Part shown: positions 58,739-64,000 of the stretch, piece by piece
How positions within the stretch are numbered: the stretch's first letter is position 1
Layout: each line of letters starts with the position of its first letter
Source of the DNA: a virus
DNA: 64,000 bases
Reading direction: 5' to 3' (one strand)
Virus record (IMG/VR): IMGVR_UViG_3300030329_005813
Coordinates: 96,001 to 160,000 of that record
Program-made: the position numbers and the translations under genes
The notes under the pieces: generated by a model
Databases searched by the model: none
The model's input: the letters and a program-made list of their open reading frames with translations, nothing else
Told to the model about the DNA's origin: nothing

Positions 58739-59092
58739 CTAATTTTCAAAGTATGATATTGGTTTGTATTTTTTCTTTAATTTCTGGAAATAATCCGGTC
58801 TCAGTCCCAAAAGTCTCATAGCTTCCACTTGAGTTCTGGTAGCTGAGTAAGCATACTTAAACATAGCATCTTTTACTATGTTTGTCAAGTTATGCCATAT
58901 AGGAAATCCATAAAGTCTATTATTAACTGGCTTACTGGCTAACTCCATTTTAAGACCAATTATTTCTTCAAGAGTTAAATTACTGAGCATTATTTCAAAG
59001 TCAATATTTATTTTTTTCTCTTGACGTAGCTTCTTAGATAGACTATAATAGGTATTACGTCCTTTCCTTAATTTCTTTCTTTTCCAAGACAT
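58739..59092 (-). CDS. Basic DNA-binding protein with Fis-like C-terminal HTH
   Basis: ATRTQVEAMRLLGLRPDYFQKLKKKY parallels the Fis/HTH_8 pattern [23 protein letters not shown]. Confidence 0.65.
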   Translation of the reverse strand: MSWKRKKLRKGRNTYYSLSKKLRQEKKINIDFEIMLSNLTLEEIIGLKMELASKPVNNRLYGFPIWHNLTNIVKDAMFKYAYSATRTQVEAMRLLGLRPDYFQKLKKKYKPISYFEN

Positions 59093-59098
59093 ATATAT

Positions 59099-59127
59099 AT
59101 TATAATATATTATATACTATATGTCAA
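59099..59127 (-). promoter_or_regulatory. Consensus sigma70 promoter giving a leaderless transcript
   Basis: TTGACA (59127-59122), 17 nt, TATAAT (59104-59099); ATG at 59092 is at the expected +1. Confidence 0.8.
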
Positions 59128-59908
59128 GTATTTCAAATAATTCATCCTCACCAGAAGGTTGATCTATTTTTTCTTTTTCATACTCAGGTGTTGTTGGTTC
59201 AGGTAAATTTGTTGTTAACACATCTTCAAATCTATCTCTCCAAAGAAGAACATTTGTTTTTAAATAATCGTGATATAACTCTCTATCTTCATCATTAGCT
59301 AATTCACCAAAATCATCTACAATAGTACCTTGAATTTGCTTAAATGTTCCAAGTGCGACATTACGACCAGTTTCATCGTGTTCTTTGTCACCTATGCCTC
59401 TTGTCAAAAGCTCTTCATCATCATCAATTTCTATTTCTTCTTCCGGCTCTTCTTCTTCGCCACCTAGGCCCAAATCACCAATATCAATAAATTTATCTTC
59501 CGTGCCAATATTAATATCTACTTCCTCTTCCAGTTCTACCTCATCAGCAGCCTCTGGGGCGTCAATATTAGTCTCGATAGGCGCCAATAGATTGTCAATA
59601 CCATTTATTAAATGTGCCATATAAGATTTTCTTTGAGCTGGATCAGTTGTTAGGCTCAAATAATCATCTTTGATTTGAGGGATAACTTTCTTAAGAGTTT
59701 TACGAAGAATGTTAATACCAGTTTTCTCGTGTGGGGCCTCGTCACCAACAGCAGTTTTTTCTAACAATAATGCTTTTTGAATAACTTTTCTTAATGTTTG
59801 TTCTTCCAGATATTGTTGCTTTTTATTATTAGATCTAACTTTTTTTATAATTTGACGAATAACTTTTCTTAATACTTGCTCTTCGATTAATTCTTTTCTA
59901 TCAACCAT
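59117..59908 (-). CDS. Acidic hypothetical protein (putative head/scaffold-associated)
   Basis: Duplicated EEQ.LRKVI motif; very Glu-rich; ACTATTTA at 59931-59938. Confidence 0.7.
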   Translation of the reverse strand: MVDRKELIEEQVLRKVIRQIIKKVRSNNKKQQYLEEQTLRKVIQKALLLEKTAVGDEAPHEKTGINILRKTLKKVIPQIKDDYLSLTTDPAQRKSYMAHLINGIDNLLAPIETNIDAPEAADEVELEEEVDINIGTEDKFIDIGDLGLGGEEEEPEEEIEIDDDEELLTRGIGDKEHDETGRNVALGTFKQIQGTIVDDFGELANDEDRELYHDYLKTNVLLWRDRFEDVLTTNLPEPTTPEYEKEKIDQPSGEDELFEILDI

Positions 59909-62060
59909 AGTGTAGCCCCTTATACTGTAATAAATAGTTTAAAACACGTTCAACGACTACATCTTTTTCATCTTCCTCTTCGGTAGGTTCTTCTTCGCGA
60001 ATAAGGGTTGATTTTTTATTTTTCCCAGCGCCACCTTCAACAGCACCGCCACCTGCTCCTCCCGCAGCCGAAATTTCTTCTACAGTACCATCTTGTAAGC
60101 CATCCATTTCCATATATGGCTTTTCTTTTTTCTTTTCGTTCAAAACTTCATACACCAATTCTGTGATAGCGCTTTCAAGACCACCAGCGGGTTCGGCAGA
60201 TTCAGGCTGAACTCCCAAAATAGATAAAATGTCAGCAGGATCTGTATTATCTGGTATAAATTTTTCTAGTCCCTGGCCCGTATCTAAAGCAGCACGAAAA
60301 GCAGAAGCGCTTAAAGGAGCCTCATCCGGCGCACTATAATACCAATCCATAATATTAGCTGGTATTACTCCATCTAACATTCCTTCTACTCCACGATGAA
60401 ACTTAATAAATCTATTATAGTCTGGCTGCCCTCTGCTGTCAGGCTTGTTGCTAGCTGCTGGTATGACTAAATCTCCTGGCTGGGGTATATAGTCTGGGAC
60501 TGTTCCTTTTAAGACTTCATATGAATTTTGCACAGGACTATTCCACGGCGCTGCCAAAATTAATACTTTATCGGATATACCAGCATCTTGTAAGTAGGTA
60601 TTCCAAATTTGTTCTGAGACTCCACGATCAACAGGTCGCCCAGCTGGCGTTTTCCTGTCGAGTGGAGAAATAAAAATATAAACCATATCTGCGCCTTTCT
60701 CCAATAGAGATAAGACAACATTTAAATGACCTTTATGGGGAGGCTTAAATGCACCAGGAAAAACAGCTATTTTTCTTTTAACGTCTTGAACGTTGGCTTC
60801 TTCTTCATCTAGTTTTTGCAAAGGAGGTACGCTTCCGCGGCCATACTTAAAAAGACCAAGAAGTTGATTCATTGGCGCAAAGTTTCCAGTAAACTTATAG
60901 GTGACTCCATCATAATCAAAAACAAAACCTTCGGCTGCTGTTGAAACGCCTTCAACATCTTTTAGTTTGCTCATCTGTTTGGTTAGGATTTCCATCGCTT
61001 CTTCAGAACCGCTCTCTTCGATGGCTTTAATGGCCCTAGAAGTCTCTTGTCGAAGTCTTTCGACTTCGGATACGTTATCTAGAATGAATGCGCTCTCAAG
61101 CCCTCTAAGCATCTCTACGGAGAAGTCGTGTACAATCTCTTCAACTGGTGCAATAGCATCCTTAAGTAGAGCACTAGAATTTTTAACTAAATCACGTACT
61201 ATAGCAATTGATTCTGCGTCTTCTTTTGGAATTAAACCAAGAACTTTTCTAATATTTCCGCCCTCTTCTTTAAAAATACGTTTTAAAAGTTCCATATTAG
61301 CTTCATCAGATAAAGAAATGCGCTGATCAATAGCTTTTTCAACGCGTGAAATCATATATTCTCCAACAGTTTGGTTGTCAGAGATGCCAGCTTGACTTAA
61401 AACACTTTCTAAACGTGCTATAGCTAAGTTAACAGCAGTATCATCACTTAAAGCTTCAAGACGCCGAATAGCATTCATTTGAACGTAAAATCTTCCTTCT
61501 TCACGTTCTCCTTGAACTCTTTCTAGCGCGGCAGCTAATTTTTTAGCATTTTTTGAAACATCGCGACCGGTTGGTCGACCGGTTTCTCTATCATATTCAT
61601 TATGGCCAACTCTATGAATAGTTAAAGTAGGTAAATCATAATTAATAAGATTTGCTGCACGAGGATCTTGAACTTCGGCATTATAATAAACATTTGTGTC
61701 TGGTCCGAATATTTCTTCACGCTCTTCAATGGACATTTTGCCAACAGCTTCTTCAAAAGCAGCAAATGCTTCATTAAAAGCTGTTTCTAGTGCGCCACGT
61801 CCACCAAACTTTTCTGCCAGTCCAGCAGCGTCTAAACCTCCATCCTTAATATTTCCTTTATTTCTAGCTGCTCTAGCCGAACTAGTTCTAATATTATAGG
61901 ATAATTGAAGATTTTGACCATCTGTTTTTTCAGTACCTTTTAACTCGCCCCCTGAAGCAGCTTGAAAAACTTGTTTCATTTCGCGAAAAGTTAAATTTGG
62001 ATTATCATACAGATGATTCATGTGGCCAGCGACGCCACCCTCTGAAAGAAATCGGCCCAT
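59901..62060 (-). CDS. Fusion: ligase-like nucleotidyltransferase domain + HxGH cytidylyltransferase-like domain
   Basis: TEKTDG (motif I KxDG), NAEV, EGFVF..YK (motifs IV/V); then FPGAFKPPHKGH and SASAFR. Confidence 0.7.
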   Translation of the reverse strand: MGRFLSEGGVAGHMNHLYDNPNLTFREMKQVFQAASGGELKGTEKTDGQNLQLSYNIRTSSARAARNKGNIKDGGLDAAGLAEKFGGRGALETAFNEAFAAFEEAVGKMSIEEREEIFGPDTNVYYNAEVQDPRAANLINYDLPTLTIHRVGHNEYDRETGRPTGRDVSKNAKKLAAALERVQGEREEGRFYVQMNAIRRLEALSDDTAVNLAIARLESVLSQAGISDNQTVGEYMISRVEKAIDQRISLSDEANMELLKRIFKEEGGNIRKVLGLIPKEDAESIAIVRDLVKNSSALLKDAIAPVEEIVHDFSVEMLRGLESAFILDNVSEVERLRQETSRAIKAIEESGSEEAMEILTKQMSKLKDVEGVSTAAEGFVFDYDGVTYKFTGNFAPMNQLLGLFKYGRGSVPPLQKLDEEEANVQDVKRKIAVFPGAFKPPHKGHLNVVLSLLEKGADMVYIFISPLDRKTPAGRPVDRGVSEQIWNTYLQDAGISDKVLILAAPWNSPVQNSYEVLKGTVPDYIPQPGDLVIPAASNKPDSRGQPDYNRFIKFHRGVEGMLDGVIPANIMDWYYSAPDEAPLSASAFRAALDTGQGLEKFIPDNTDPADILSILGVQPESAEPAGGLESAITELVYEVLNEKKKEKPYMEMDGLQDGTVEEISAAGGAGGGAVEGGAGKNKKSTLIREEEPTEEEDEKDVVVERVLNYLLQYKGLHYG

Positions 62061-62068
62061 ATTTATTT

Positions 62069-62371
62069 TTATTCCTTGGTAGATTTAGGTTTTCTACGTC
62101 GATAAGTTCTTTTGGGCTTAGGCTCAGGCACAGGTGTCTCTTCGGCCACAACTTCTTCCACAACCTTTTCCACAACCAATTCTGGTTCAGGCTCGGGCTC
62201 TGGTTCGGGCTCTGGTTCTACAACTACTGCAACAGGCTCGGGCTCAGGTGCCGGCGCAGGACTTTCAAGTCCTAGGGCTAATCTATATTTTTTGGCTTTT
62301 TCACTACTAGGGTCAGCAACCCTTGCAAGTTTTGCCATAAGCTTACGTCTTTGTCCTTTGGAAAGGCTCAT
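62069..62371 (-). CDS. Low-complexity Glu-Pro repeat protein with basic termini
   Basis: (EP)n tract; AAGGAG RBS. Confidence 0.7.
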   Translation of the reverse strand: MSLSKGQRRKLMAKLARVADPSSEKAKKYRLALGLESPAPAPEPEPVAVVVEPEPEPEPEPEPELVVEKVVEEVVAEETPVPEPKPKRTYRRRKPKSTKE

Positions 62372-62385
62372 TTTAAAATTCTCCT

Positions 62386-62634
62386 TTAACTATTTTTGTT
62401 ATCTTTAATAACTTTGCAGGGCTTGTAATCAGTATCCGCTGCATTAAACCTTCTACGCAAACTTAATGGTCCCGGCACACATTTTGAAAATGGAATTTGC
62501 GGTGTAATAGTTTGACTAGAAAATACTTTTTCTTGACCAGAGCCGTAGGCCTGTTGTTGGCCTTGGATTTGATCTGTTTTGTCTTTAAACGAATTGATTG
62601 ATCCGTCGTCTGAAATTAATGGCTGGCGCTCCAT
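62386..62634 (-). CDS. Hypothetical protein
   Basis: ORF fits gene packing. Confidence 0.55.
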   Translation of the reverse strand: MERQPLISDDGSINSFKDKTDQIQGQQQAYGSGQEKVFSSQTITPQIPFSKCVPGPLSLRRRFNAADTDYKPCKVIKDNKNS

Positions 62635-62637
62635 AGA

Positions 62638-63498
62638 TTAGTCTTCCTTGTTGGACCGCGTTTTTAAAGCTTTAGTTATGGCTTCACGAATGGTTTTACG
62701 AATAAGGGTTTCATCAAGTTCTTTTTCTTCGGCGTTTTTAGCCGCGTCCGTCATTGATTCTTCTTTATCGCCATCTTTATCAAGATCTAAAAAGTCAGGT
62801 TTTGCTCCCTCTTCAAGCTCTTCCTCTTCCATAACAGGACAAATACAAGGGCTCATTCCACACTTTGGACACATACCGTAACCCTCTTCCAGATCATCTT
62901 CTCGTCGTCCACAATGCGCTTCGTCTAGTTCTTGCTCTTGAATTTCAATAGATTCTGTTAAAACTTCATTTTTTGGAGTTTTATAACCCCAAGACTCCAT
63001 AAGACGGCCGTTGACCTCTTGATTTCTCCATTTTTTGTAGCTCATTTTAGTATCTCCTGTACTGTAATAAATAGACTCTTGTAGTTGTTTTTTATAAGTT
63101 TCTTCCCACATTCTAAAGCACATATTACCTAATTCATACGCTTCACGTTCCATTTCACGCATATAACTATCATTTTGAAAGTAACCCTCGCCCATTTCAG
63201 GCTTTAAATCAAAATCACCACGACAATTTTGAGCGTGGTGAACCAATTCGTGAGATAAAGACCTCATAATATCTTTTGGATGCCTATGATCTGTATAAAT
63301 TGATACTGAAGAGGTATTTGGATTATAAAAAGCTGTTTTTCCAAGTGGTTTTTCGGCATTTTTAACGTCAGAAATAAATGAAATTGTTGGCGCCGTGTCA
63401 AAACCCATCTTTTTTTGTGCAAAGGGTAAAAAACTTTCTAAAAATGGTTTAATCTCAGATAAATTTAAACTTGAACGATTTCTAATGTTAAATTTCAT
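62638..63498 (-). CDS. HExxH zinc-metallopeptidase-like protein with acidic tail
   Basis: SLSHELVHHAQ..MEREAY; tail with CPKCGMSPCIC, DLDKDGDKEE EF-hand-like loop, LIRKTIREAI; ACTAATTA at 63523-63530. Confidence 0.75.
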   Translation of the reverse strand: MKFNIRNRSSLNLSEIKPFLESFLPFAQKKMGFDTAPTISFISDVKNAEKPLGKTAFYNPNTSSVSIYTDHRHPKDIMRSLSHELVHHAQNCRGDFDLKPEMGEGYFQNDSYMREMEREAYELGNMCFRMWEETYKKQLQESIYYSTGDTKMSYKKWRNQEVNGRLMESWGYKTPKNEVLTESIEIQEQELDEAHCGRREDDLEEGYGMCPKCGMSPCICPVMEEEELEEGAKPDFLDLDKDGDKEESMTDAAKNAEEKELDETLIRKTIREAITKALKTRSNKED

Positions 63499-63525
63499 AC
63501 TTTTTATCTCCGAGGCGTAAAATAA

Positions 63526-63777
63526 TTAGTTTTTTTCTTGTTCAAGTTCATTTTTTGTTAGTATTTTTAAATTTACACATAAAATTTTATATGTTTTTTG
63601 CTCTTCGAAAGAAAAAATGTCTGCATAAGCAATATTTCTTCCGCCAATAGTGGAAAAATAGAGATCAGAAACAATACCAGTTTTTTTGGCGTCGTAATAA
63701 GTCCAAATTACAATATCGCCAACCTTAAAATTGTTTATTTTTCCAAAAGATTCACTTACAGACTTAAAATTATTCAA
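63526..63777 (-). CDS. Small hypothetical protein (SH3-like FKVGDIV motif)
   Basis: ORF fits gene packing; TTG start uncertain. Confidence 0.55.
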   Translation of the reverse strand: MNNFKSVSESFGKINNFKVGDIVIWTYYDAKKTGIVSDLYFSTIGGRNIAYADIFSFEEQKTYKILCVNLKILTKNELEQEKN

Positions 63778-63783
63778 TTTAAT

Positions 63784-63999
63784 TCACATTTCTTTTAATT
63801 TACTGTCGATCATATTCTCAATAAAGCTTAGTTTTTCTTTTATTCTTCCTAAACCATTCTCTTTAATGCTAACTAAATCTTCTCGCTTTATATCTTCGCT
63901 CATTCTTAAGGAATCTTCTAAATCATTTAGGTCATCCCAAGTAACTTGAATTTTTTGATCAAAAACACCTGTTCTTTGTTGGACAATTCTTGCATTTAT
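63784..63999 (-). CDS. Partial (5'-truncated) hypothetical protein
   Basis: Open frame from the window edge, INARIVQQRTGVFDQK..SKLKEM, to TGA at 63786-63784. Confidence 0.65.
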   Translation of the reverse strand: MNARIVQQRTGVFDQKIQVTWDDLNDLEDSLRMSEDIKREDLVSIKENGLGRIKEKLSFIENMIDSKLKEM

Positions 64000-64000
64000 T

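Noticed and set aside
15-63949. All plus-strand ORFs in the track (60-147 aa)
   Set aside because: They are antisense shadows of minus-strand genes, for example Ser-rich frames opposite Glu-rich genes and the GS repeat at 62112..62408 opposite the EP repeat; none shows a protein motif
1-64000. Stop-codon reassignment as seen in some large phages
   Set aside because: Coding density is near complete under the standard bacterial code; TAA, TAG and TGA all end genes at tight junctions; no suppressor tRNA seen
1-64000. Introns, inteins, homing endonucleases, integrase, transposase or reverse transcriptase
   Set aside because: No LAGLIDADG, HNH, GIY-YIG, intein splice, recombinase or YxDD RT motifs recognised, and no large unexplained gaps

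Overview
This 64 kb window is a segment of a large, AT-rich, myovirus-like (probably jumbo) bacteriophage genome, not a bacterial chromosome. Every credible gene lies on the minus strand, densely packed, with ATGA-type overlaps and Shine-Dalgarno sites. In window order it holds: (1) a tandem family of small acidic proteins sharing an N-terminal MK(I/L)TKxQLKxIIKEEL peptide; (2) primase and a RuvC-like resolvase; (3) a ~35 kb tail/baseplate module (gp25-like and gp6-like wedge proteins, a 3117-aa LamG-containing wedge-like protein, a spike-like protein, an M15 peptidase); (4) a gp55-like sigma factor; (5) a 13.5 kb, 13-gene glycan cluster (NeuB, NeuA, two sialyltransferase-like proteins, GT2/GT4 glycosyltransferases, methyltransferases, a sulfotransferase-like protein, UDP-sugar dehydrogenase and epimerase) with no export machinery; (6) a Cas4-like nuclease, PIN-PhoH, three tRNAs (Thr-UGU, Arg-UCU, Ile-UAU), a tmRNA, a 50-aa Flp pilin homolog missed by the ORF track and a Fis-like protein; (7) acidic head-associated candidates, including a ligase-like/HxGH nucleotidyltransferase fusion. 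The leading candidate for a new system is virion sialylation/O-glycosylation: the glycan cluster plus a strongly over-represented [ST]-[GAS]-S tripeptide in four specific baseplate/tail proteins. All family calls come from motif recognition by eye and all counts are hand counts; no searches were run.
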